DNA of 24,744 nt, taken from Candidatus Baldrarchaeum yapensis (GTDB lineage Archaea; Asgardarchaeota; Baldrarchaeia; Baldrarchaeales; Baldrarchaeaceae). Location: NCBI GenBank assembly GCA_016840465.1, contig JAEOSH010000029.1, positions 1-24,744 of the forward strand, given 5' to 3'. Within the stretch, counting starts at the first letter, position 1; each line of letters starts with the position of its first letter. This document shows positions 7,997 to 15,734 of this stretch, one piece after another. Made by a program: the position numbers and the translations under genes. The notes under the pieces were generated by a model. It was given only the letters and a program-made list of their open reading frames with translations. It was not told the DNA's origin and did no database searches.

Positions 7997-9269
7997 GGAG
8001 TTTGAGAGGAGGATCCTGCGGGCAAAGCTTAGGCTGATACGCGACCACCCCTTCTTCGGCTTTCTGCTGACGGTCATCGAAATAAAACCGGACAGTTCCG
8101 TCAGCAGGGTGCTAATACATCCCGACTTCGTGGTCAGAATGAACCCCAAATGGGCGATGAGTCTCAGTGACGAGGAATTGGAGTTTGTCCTCTGTCACGT
8201 CACCCTGCACTACGTGTTGGAGCACACCTCAAGAATGGGGCTGAGGGATCCACGTGTCTGGCATCTCGCATGTGATATTGCAGCCAACAACATCCTAGAG
8301 TTCAACGGCATAATGGTGCCTTCTTGGTCCCCCTACGTTCCAGAGTTCGGGGACAAAAGCGCCGAGGAAATTTATTACCTATTGTACAGCAAGAATCAGC
8401 AGATGTGCCTAGGATCTCCTGACCGCCAGTGGGGTGAGGGTTGCGGAGGATCGATGGGGACGGGATACAAGGGGTTTGGCGGAGATTTCGGTGGAAACCT
8501 CCACGGTATGTGTGAGCCATTCGATGAATGGGCGGAGAAAAGTTTTGGGGAGGCTGACGGTTGCAGGAAAGGCGATTCAAATGCGCATCAGAGGGGTATG
8601 GATCTGAAAGGGTTGCTGGTTAAGGCCTACAACTTCGCAAAAGCTCATGGGAGGACGCCACTAGGGATAAGCGAAATCGTTGACGTGGGAGAGAAGAGGG
8701 TGCTCGACTGGAGGGCTATGCTCGAAAGGCTCATCTACAAACTGATCCCGTGTGACTACGCGTGGCACCCTCCGTCAAAGAAGTCCTACTTCTTGGGCGT
8801 ATATCTTCCCGGCGTGAGGAAAGAGATCTTGGACATCGTGGTCGCGCTCGACACCAGCGGATCGATAAGCAACAGCGAATACGGCTACTTCCTGAGGGAA
8901 GTGATCGAAATTTTCCGAAACTTCGAAAATGTGAACATTACGGCGATCATGTGCGATGCGAAAGTGCAATGCGTTGTGGAGAACCTAACTAGGCCGGAAG
9001 ATGTACTCGAACACCTCAGGACAAGGATAGGTTATGGCGGAACCGACTTCCGCCCGGTCTTCGAGTGGGTCGAGAGGAACAAGCCGAATTGCCGTCTCCT
9101 GATATACTTCACCGACGGGATGGGGGACTACCCTCGCCGAGAACCCGGCTACCCGGTCATCTGGGTGATCGTGGGTGATGAGTATAGGCACTACGGGCGC
9201 CGCTACCACCCGCCCTTTGGGCACGTAATCAATGTGGATCGTCGAGAGCTCTGGGAGGTGGTTTCATGA
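7986..9269 (+). CDS. DUF2201 metallopeptidase-like domain + vWA domain protein
   Basis: AKLRLIRDHPFFG, HVTLH at the HExxH position, WHLACDIAAN, W..PSKK, MIDAS LDTSGS...GGTDF...YFTDG. Real start is ATG 7986, overlapping the ATPase stop by 11 nt. Confidence 0.92.
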   Translation: MKVEEFERRILRAKLRLIRDHPFFGFLLTVIEIKPDSSVSRVLIHPDFVVRMNPKWAMSLSDEELEFVLCHVTLHYVLEHTSRMGLRDPRVWHLACDIAANNILEFNGIMVPSWSPYVPEFGDKSAEEIYYLLYSKNQQMCLGSPDRQWGEGCGGSMGTGYKGFGGDFGGNLHGMCEPFDEWAEKSFGEADGCRKGDSNAHQRGMDLKGLLVKAYNFAKAHGRTPLGISEIVDVGEKRVLDWRAMLERLIYKLIPCDYAWHPPSKKSYFLGVYLPGVRKEILDIVVALDTSGSISNSEYGYFLREVIEIFRNFENVNITAIMCDAKVQCVVENLTRPEDVLEHLRTRIGYGGTDFRPVFEWVERNKPNCRLLIYFTDGMGDYPRREPGYPVIWVIVGDEYRHYGRRYHPPFGHVINVDRRELWEVVS

Positions 9270-9631
9270 AGACGGATTTCGCCTCCTCACTTGCCAAGAA
9301 ATTGTGCGAACTCATGTACCAGCATTCCCCCGGCACCGTAAACTACGAGTATATTTGCTCGATAGAGAGAGGCGCGCGCACGCTACTAAGAATATTAAGG
9401 GGTCTTGTGGAAATCGTAAGACCCGAGTTAAGGTCAAAGGATGTAGAGAAGTCCATAGAGGAGATCGTGAGGAGATTTTTGAGGGAGGTTGAGGGGGGAG
9501 GAGATCCCGTCGAATATGTAGATTTCGTGGTCACGGTGTGCCACGAGGTATTCGAGAAGTTTTTCCTCGATGTTCTAAAAACTGAGCGGTCGAATGAAAA
9601 TCCAGAGGGGAGGGGGAACTCCAATGTCTGA
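9266..9631 (+). CDS. Hypothetical alpha-helical protein (operon gene 3)
   Basis: ATGA overlap with the vWA stop and GGAGGTGG SD. No recognised motif. Confidence 0.8.
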   Translation: MKTDFASSLAKKLCELMYQHSPGTVNYEYICSIERGARTLLRILRGLVEIVRPELRSKDVEKSIEEIVRRFLREVEGGGDPVEYVDFVVTVCHEVFEKFFLDVLKTERSNENPEGRGNSNV

Positions 9632-10595
9632 CTCTTACCCGGGCATTCCGTTACCGGGCATTCTCGAAGAAAGCCTGAGGTTTGGCGTGTCCTATTCCCC
9701 GGATATCTCTAAGAGGGCAGAAGATATCGTCAAAAGGTGCGAGGTGGAGGTTTGGAACATAGAGAACCCCAGATTGAGGGCCCTAACGGCCTCGCGACTG
9801 CTGATTTTCTACGGTGCATCTTATACTTCGATAGCACAGAGGATCCTGGAGGATGAGGAGATACTAGCCGATGACATTGCAGTGAGGGCGTTCGCCTCCG
9901 AGATATACCTCACTTCCCTAATTTCCGGGTCGCGCCTCATGAGGGGCGTGCTTTACAAACTCGCCAGGAGGTTAAAGCTGAGGGGGTTTAGAGAAATTTC
10001 CAAGCGTGTTACGGTGACCGGGACTCTAAGCATCCTAGATGTCATGTGCGCCAACACCAACCTGCTGAGTTACTTCTTGAGTTGCTACGCTCTTCCTTCC
10101 CATGAAAGGGACTTCCGGTTTGTGTACCGGTGGTCGAATTACATGACGGCCCAGAGGGTGACGTACAAGGAGGATGATCCGCACCAGAAGCTACTAAAGG
10201 AGAGGGCGGCTGCCCTCCTCCGGGGGATTATTCCGATAGCTGTTGGCAACCTCTATTATACCAAGCACTCGAGAAGATTCAGTGAGTCATGGAGATTGTT
10301 GCTGGAGGAGTTTGCAATATTGAGAGAAGCAACCCACACGATGATCTCGCTGGTTAGGAGAATAAATGACTCGATCTTCGTAGTAGAGGTGCTATTGACT
10401 CTTGCAGAGGCGCTTGCCAGTAGCGGCAGGGTCGTTCCACTGATATCGTCTCTGAGAGAAGTTGCGAGGTTTCTAAAAGGCGGGGACGTTCCGGCGCTCG
10501 TAACTATAGCTTTTGATATGTATCTCGAGGGTTACAGGCAGGAGCGGAGATACCTGAAGTGGACGTTTCTGGAAAAGGTGGGTGAGCTGTCATGA
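9624..10595 (+). CDS. Hypothetical alpha-helical protein (operon gene 4)
   Basis: ATG 9624 after GAGGGGG SD, overlapping the previous stop by 8 nt. About 323 aa, Leu/Ala/Arg/Glu-rich, no recognised motif. Confidence 0.82.
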   Translation: MSDSYPGIPLPGILEESLRFGVSYSPDISKRAEDIVKRCEVEVWNIENPRLRALTASRLLIFYGASYTSIAQRILEDEEILADDIAVRAFASEIYLTSLISGSRLMRGVLYKLARRLKLRGFREISKRVTVTGTLSILDVMCANTNLLSYFLSCYALPSHERDFRFVYRWSNYMTAQRVTYKEDDPHQKLLKERAAALLRGIIPIAVGNLYYTKHSRRFSESWRLLLEEFAILREATHTMISLVRRINDSIFVVEVLLTLAEALASSGRVVPLISSLREVARFLKGGDVPALVTIAFDMYLEGYRQERRYLKWTFLEKVGELS

Positions 10596-11398
10596 GGGCG
10601 GTGACGCTTTTCAAGGATCTGGTGCTGAAGGTTGCAAAGATATTAGAACTGAGGGAGGAGATTTTGAAAGAAATCGGCACGCTTATCAAGATTCTTCGCG
10701 GCAGAGTGGAGCAACTGATGAGAAAAATTGAAGAACTGCAGGCTGAGGAGCGGGAACTTCATTTTCTGTGGGAGATCCGAAGAGAGTTGGAGGATCTCAA
10801 TAGCTACATAGGGTATAGGTATCACAACCCCGGATCCCTAGCACGGATGATTCGTAAAGAGTTAAGAAAGTACATCAGTTATCTGAAGGAGCGGGATCAT
10901 ATCTGCAAGAGGATACATGGGGCCATGAAGCGGGCGGAGGAGCGGGCATCCGAAAAGGACCTGAAGGCACCTGATCATGTCATGGAAAATGTGCGTAAGA
11001 TTGCGGAGGAGTTGAGTCAAGAATTGGCGAAAATTGTGATATGCGGCGCGAAAAGCCCCCATAAGCCATCTGTTGTAATGAGGATTACGGCCATCAACGT
11101 CTTAATTGCCTGCGCGGCTGTGCTAATAGGGAGGTTATCTGTCGCTTATCCGGCGTCGTACACGATATACGTGAAGGATATCTTTGAACTGATCGAAAAT
11201 TCCGCCATAATACGCGATAGACTGAAGCGGTACTACATTCACGATTTTGTGATGATGTCGCCAGTGGATCTAGAAATTTTGCTTGCATTGTTGAATGGCA
11301 TCGCGGACGAGGTGCTGAGGTCCTGCAGGCTGACATATCACATAATCATGGAGATAAAACGGGAGATAAAGCCGATCTTCCTCCTCAAGTCACTATAA
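10592..11398 (+). CDS. Hypothetical protein with N-terminal coiled coil (operon gene 5)
   Basis: ATGA overlap and GGTGAG SD. Heptad-like LRGRVEQLMRKIEELQAEERELHFL. Confidence 0.82.
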   Translation: MRAVTLFKDLVLKVAKILELREEILKEIGTLIKILRGRVEQLMRKIEELQAEERELHFLWEIRRELEDLNSYIGYRYHNPGSLARMIRKELRKYISYLKERDHICKRIHGAMKRAEERASEKDLKAPDHVMENVRKIAEELSQELAKIVICGAKSPHKPSVVMRITAINVLIACAAVLIGRLSVAYPASYTIYVKDIFELIENSAIIRDRLKRYYIHDFVMMSPVDLEILLALLNGIADEVLRSCRLTYHIIMEIKREIKPIFLLKSL

Positions 11399-11529
11399 CG
11401 AAGAAGATTGATGCCGCGGCAAAAATGCAATTTTTATGTCAACGTCATCTTTTATCGAGACATTGTCTCGAGAATACGATAGTCGTTCTTGCCATGGCAA
11501 GTCATAGTTTTAATGATGCGGTGGTGAAA

Positions 11530-11814
11530 ATGGCCACGTACACTGCCATTGTGGTCCGCCAAGAGACAAAGAGGCTACTGGAGCGGGAAAAGGGAGATAA
11601 GAGTTGGGACGACTTCCTTCTCGAACTTCTTCGGATCGCGAAGGAGCGAGAAGTGAAGGAGGCAATAAAGAGAATACAAAACAGACTAAGGGTTGTGGAA
11701 AGGGCAATCATGGAATCCGAGGAGAGCATGAGGAGGGAGTTCAAATTAAGGGGTGATTCTGGACACGAATTACGTGATACATTTGTCGAAGAGCGGGAGG
11801 CTCGAGGAGGTTAG
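11530..11814 (+). CDS. Archaeal VapB-type (RHH-like) antitoxin, C-terminus probably extended by loss of its stop
   Basis: MATYTAIVVRQETKRLLEREKGDKSWDDFLLELL is a typical archaeal antitoxin start. GGTGA SD before ATG 11530. Reads 62 nt into the PIN gene. Confidence 0.75.
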   Translation: MATYTAIVVRQETKRLLEREKGDKSWDDFLLELLRIAKEREVKEAIKRIQNRLRVVERAIMESEESMRREFKLRGDSGHELRDTFVEEREARGG

Positions 11815-12129
11815 AAAACGGAGGATCCTCTACATCACGTTCATAACTCTATATGAACTGATGAGAGGGGAAAGCTTTTGCCGGATTTTATGTGGACGAG
11901 GCGAAGCGAGATTACGAGAAGGTTTTCATGATCTTGGATTTTGATAATGAGGCCATTAGGGGTGGTATCGAAAAATATGGGCGATACTCAGGGCGGAGGC
12001 ATGCTCATCGATGAGTGAGACCTTATGATAGAGGCCATCTGCATAGCGAACTCCCTTCCGCTCGCAACCTTAAACAAGAAGCATTTTAAGAGGCTTACAA
12101 AGTTCGGCCTAAGACCGGAAGACTTATGA
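11753..12129 (+). pseudogene. VapC PIN toxin pseudogene
   Basis: Stitched reading MILDTNYVIHL...YELMRG / KAFAGFYVDEAKRDYEKVFMILDFDNEAIR / KIWAILRAE / MLIDE*DLMIEAICIANSLPLATLNKKHFKRL. At least 3 frameshifts (~11870, ~11960-11975, ~11999) and an in-frame TGA at 12016-12018. Confidence 0.85.
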
Positions 12130-12353
12130 TCGTGCGTAATCAGAAAATCCTAGTTAACATGCCTGAAATTCACCGTGTAGCGAAAATCTTCTGCTTACCT
12201 GGATAAAAACGTTAAAGCGGATCTCAATGCGACCACATACTCGCATTGTTATGATGACTTTAAACATCGATTGACAACCACATCTGGCTTTTGACCGTGC
12301 AAAGTTTTTGGGATCATCCGGCAAATTCAATTTAAGGGTGGAGTGTGATCGAG

Positions 12354-14033
12354 ATGTGTGCGCAGAAGTTGGCCCCTCTTCTCACAAAGGTCAAGGTGAG
12401 CAGGTTCTTCTATAAGGCATGCGGTTACACAGATGAGGACCTTAAGCGTCCGATCATAGGAATAGTAAACAGCTTTAACGAGGCCTGCCCGGGTCATATT
12501 CACCTTAAGATGCTTGCGGACGCCGTAAAGGCAGGCGTGTATGCGGCGGGTGGGACTCCGATAGAAATCAACGTCATCGGACCCTGTGCTGCTTATTCGA
12601 GGAATTACAGATACGACCTGCCAACGCGAGACACAATAGCCAACAGCATGGAGATACAACTGATGCAGTCCGTATGCGACGGCATTGTATGTATGTGCAC
12701 ATGCGATAAAATAGTTCCGGGGATGTGGCTCGGCGCCGCGAGGCTCGATCTTCCCACCATATTCGTAACCGGAGGGCCATCCCTGCCCGGAGAGTTCAAG
12801 GGGGAGGAGACGTGCTTCCCGCTTGATGCGCTGGTCCCCATAATCTCAGATTACGCGAAGGGTCTCATTTCCGAGGAGGAGTTGTGGAGAGAAATAGGAG
12901 TTGCCGAAGAAACATGGATAAGGACCTACGGCGCGTGTCCCGAAATGACTACCGCGAACACCGTGCAGATGCTGACAGAGGCGATGGGTCTCGCGTTCCC
13001 ATATTCGACAACAACTCCTGCTCCATACTCGCTCAAGTTGAGACTTGCGAGAAGGAGCGGAATGTGCATCGTGGAAGCCGCGAGAAAACGCCTTAGCTTC
13101 AGGAAAATAGTAACGGAGAAGTCTTTGGAAAATGCCTTGAGAGTTCTATGCGCTGTCGGTGGCGGGACAAATGGGGCATTGCACGTATTCGCTCTCGCGT
13201 ACGAACTTGGCCTCTCCGATAAAATAAACCCGGACAGGCTGGATGAGATCAGCAGGTCGACCCCGTTTCTCTCCGCAATTAGGCCAAGTGGGCCCTTTAC
13301 TGTGGTCGACTTCCATGAGGCGGGTGGGGTTCCGGGCGTCATGAGGGAGTTGGGCGACCTGATCCACAGGGATGCCTTGACCGTAACCGGAGAGACGATA
13401 GGTGCGATCATCGAGAGCGCGTCCATAAAGAGAAGAGATGTAATAAGATCGCGGTCGGATCCCGTGTATCCCGAGGGGGCATTTGCGGTACTCAAGGGCA
13501 ACATCGCGCCGAGAGGGGCGATATGCAGGTACACCGCCGTGAAAAAGGAACTTCTCCAATTTGAGGGAGAGGCGAACGTATGCAACAGCTTGGAGGAGGC
13601 GGTAATAAAGGTCGTTACGGGAAAGGTCGAGGCCGGACAGGTGCTGGTGGTTAGATATGAAGGCCCTCGGGGAGGCCCCGGGATGACAGAGATAGTCATA
13701 GTGCTATTCCTCCTGAGAATGCTTGGTATAGAAAATATAGCGGTGGTTACGGACGGAAGGTACAGCGGCACGGCGGAAAAAGTTCTTTATATCGGACATG
13801 TATGTCCGGAGGCCGCCGTCGGGGGACCAATAGCGGTCGTGGAAGACGGAGACGTGATCGAAATAGACGTACCCGCGCGTAAGATAAACGTTAAACTGCC
13901 GGATAAGGAGATAGAGCGCAGGTTGAAGGAGTGGACAAGACCGAAACCGAGGGTGAGGAGGGGAGTACTTGCAATATGGGCGCAACTTGCAGAGCAGGCG
14001 GATGTGGGCGCAGTACTTCGTTCAAAGATCTAG
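12354..14033 (+). CDS. IlvD/Edd family dehydratase (dihydroxy-acid dehydratase-like, divergent)
   Basis: RPIIGIVNS, PGHIHL, CDKIVPG, GACPEMTTANT, GGGTN, RYEGPRGGPGM, TDGRYSG, GHVCPEAAVGG. ilvD symbol withheld because of active-site divergence. Start is ATG 12354 or GTG 12345. Confidence 0.93.
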   Translation: MCAQKLAPLLTKVKVSRFFYKACGYTDEDLKRPIIGIVNSFNEACPGHIHLKMLADAVKAGVYAAGGTPIEINVIGPCAAYSRNYRYDLPTRDTIANSMEIQLMQSVCDGIVCMCTCDKIVPGMWLGAARLDLPTIFVTGGPSLPGEFKGEETCFPLDALVPIISDYAKGLISEEELWREIGVAEETWIRTYGACPEMTTANTVQMLTEAMGLAFPYSTTTPAPYSLKLRLARRSGMCIVEAARKRLSFRKIVTEKSLENALRVLCAVGGGTNGALHVFALAYELGLSDKINPDRLDEISRSTPFLSAIRPSGPFTVVDFHEAGGVPGVMRELGDLIHRDALTVTGETIGAIIESASIKRRDVIRSRSDPVYPEGAFAVLKGNIAPRGAICRYTAVKKELLQFEGEANVCNSLEEAVIKVVTGKVEAGQVLVVRYEGPRGGPGMTEIVIVLFLLRMLGIENIAVVTDGRYSGTAEKVLYIGHVCPEAAVGGPIAVVEDGDVIEIDVPARKINVKLPDKEIERRLKEWTRPKPRVRRGVLAIWAQLAEQADVGAVLRSKI

Positions 14034-14066
14034 GTGAAGAGTATTTCCGGATGGGCGGATGTTCAC

Positions 14067-15461
14067 TTAAAAGCCTAAGTACATTTTTGTTTTTCTCTGA
14101 ACGTCCCTCAGTTCCTTTGCCGTCAGGAGTTTTATTCCATGTTCTCTTACTTCTTGGATTTCATCTTCCCTCAGCTCGTATCCGAAGTACGACACTAACA
14201 CTCTTTCTCTAACCCTTTTGCCGTAGTCTCTTGCGAACCTCTCCGCGTTTCTGATGAGTTGCTCGACCTTGTCGAATTTCGCACTGCCCCAGAAGTGCAC
14301 CTCAAATACGTATGCCTCATCGTTCAGTAATCCCACGGCGTCTATCTCATAACCACTTCCCCTCAGATCGAAAACCTCTCTAAACGGAGGTATCACCAGC
14401 TTCTGCCCCAACGCGTCCCTCAATTCTATCTCCGTGGTTATGGCTCTCAGCATCTCCCGAAACAACGCCTCAAACCCCAAACTCGAAATGTAAATTGCTT
14501 TCCTTGAGATCTTCCCCAAGCTTGGAATCTCCTGATTCAATAACCACGCCTGGAACACCTTATCACATATAAAGTACTCGGAGTGCTTCTTCCCCTTCTT
14601 TATCTTCACTAATAAGCCATTCTCCTCCAATCTCCTCAGATAGGGGCTCGGATCTTTATAAAGCCTATTCTCTATCTCGTAGAAGCGGTTACTCCCCCTC
14701 GCCACCAGATGGAGAATGTACCTCTCCTCCGCCTGCAGGCTGTCCATCAGCGCGGAGAAGTACACGTCAAGGTCGCCCCTAGGATTTATAAGTCTGAATA
14801 GGGCCTCACGCGGGGAAAGTCCACTCGAAATTACCTGCTCAATTATCTTCTTCGCGTAAAAGGGATTCCCGGCGGCAATCTCCGCAACCTCCCGCGCCCT
14901 CTCTTCGTCCAGGCTGTGCCTGAGTGCCAACTCGAAAATAGCCTCAAAACTCATAGGCCCAATGAATAACAGCGTAAACTCGCGAAATAGAGGCGCAAAG
15001 TACTTCATGGTCGATCTTCTCACGAAGCCGACCGCCGACGAGGAGAGTATCACACTTTCCCCTCCACGCCCCCTCCTAGCCTGTATCTGAGACCTAACGT
15101 ATCTGGCAACCTCCTCCACTTTCCCGAATGGACGATACCTCGCCAGCGTCTGAAGCAGAGACGAAAACTCGTCTATCATGATGATGTGGTCATCCATTTC
15201 GAATAGCGCCCTTATGGCGTACCGAGAATCGGCAACCGGTCTTTCCCCCATGAGAACGAAAACGTCCTCCGGCGATAGTACCTCATAACCATCGATAAGA
15301 AGAACTCTTTTCCCCTCACTTACTAGTATATCTCGAACTCTCTCTAATAACGTTGTTTTCCCGATGCCCCTTAGCCCATAAATGAGCAAATTCGATTTCA
15401 TCTTCACGTGATTGAGGATTACCTTGATCTCCTCCTCCCTATCCACAAAGTGATCACTCAT
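14067..15461 (-). CDS. Archaeal ATPase (ATPase_2) + internal wHTH + DUF234/PD-(D/E)XK-like C-terminal domain
   Basis: FVDREEEI, Walker A GLRGIGKT, Walker B IMIDEF, GNPFY, wHTH YLRRLEENGLL, C-terminal EIDAVG...FEVH. Confidence 0.92.
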   Translation of the reverse strand: MSDHFVDREEEIKVILNHVKMKSNLLIYGLRGIGKTTLLERVRDILVSEGKRVLLIDGYEVLSPEDVFVLMGERPVADSRYAIRALFEMDDHIIMIDEFSSLLQTLARYRPFGKVEEVARYVRSQIQARRGRGGESVILSSSAVGFVRRSTMKYFAPLFREFTLLFIGPMSFEAIFELALRHSLDEERAREVAEIAAGNPFYAKKIIEQVISSGLSPREALFRLINPRGDLDVYFSALMDSLQAEERYILHLVARGSNRFYEIENRLYKDPSPYLRRLEENGLLVKIKKGKKHSEYFICDKVFQAWLLNQEIPSLGKISRKAIYISSLGFEALFREMLRAITTEIELRDALGQKLVIPPFREVFDLRGSGYEIDAVGLLNDEAYVFEVHFWGSAKFDKVEQLIRNAERFARDYGKRVRERVLVSYFGYELREDEIQEVREHGIKLLTAKELRDVQRKTKMYLGF

Positions 15462-15480
15462 GCCATAACCCCATATTCAT

Positions 15481-15519
15481 TAGCCTATTCAAAATAGGCT
15501 ATCATGCATAGGTTATAAA
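15481..15519 (-). promoter_or_regulatory. TATA box (TTTATAA, 15519-15513) and 9-bp inverted repeat TAGCCTATT-caa-AATAGGCTA (15481-15501) upstream of the ATPase
   Basis: Perfect 9-bp arms with a 3-nt spacer, lying between the TATA box and the start codon at 15461. Confidence 0.6.
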
Positions 15520-15680
15520 TCTTGCTCAAGTAGTTATATGCTTAAGTAAAATTTCCGACACTATCCGAAATGATCATATAAACTGTTCATGCTCAATGCC
15601 TTTAAATATAGAACCTATCGATGTGCTCCACTCATAGAACTCGCAAAATAAACGGTAAAAATGGGCATAATTTTCCACGA

Positions 15681-15717
15681 AAAATAAAAATGAGGTGGGA
15701 AAGGAAGCATGCTTCCT
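15681..15717 (-). terminator. Candidate terminator: 16-bp palindrome AGGAAGCATGCTTCCT followed (minus strand) by TTTTTATTTTT
   Basis: Palindrome at 15702-15717, 18 nt past the stop of the 15735 gene, then a T-tract on the minus strand. Confidence 0.4.
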
Positions 15718-15734
15718 GTTGAGAGCCGAGCACA

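Noticed and set aside
12016-12018. In-frame TGA in vapC as possible selenocysteine or read-through
   Set aside because: The position is normally Arg, and the gene is also broken by frameshifts.
4770-12200. MoxR/vWA locus as a provirus or integrated element
   Set aside because: Such pairs occur in viruses, but no integrase, att repeat, tRNA target, capsid or replication gene was seen. Not supported from this window.
12926-13771. 281-aa minus-strand ORF
   Set aside because: Antisense shadow of the IlvD-family gene, with Ser/Thr/Pro-rich composition and no motif.
44-14033. galT and the IlvD/Edd dehydratase as one galactose/galactonate pathway cluster
   Set aside because: They are 11 kb apart with unrelated genes between, and belong to different routes (Leloir versus oxidative).
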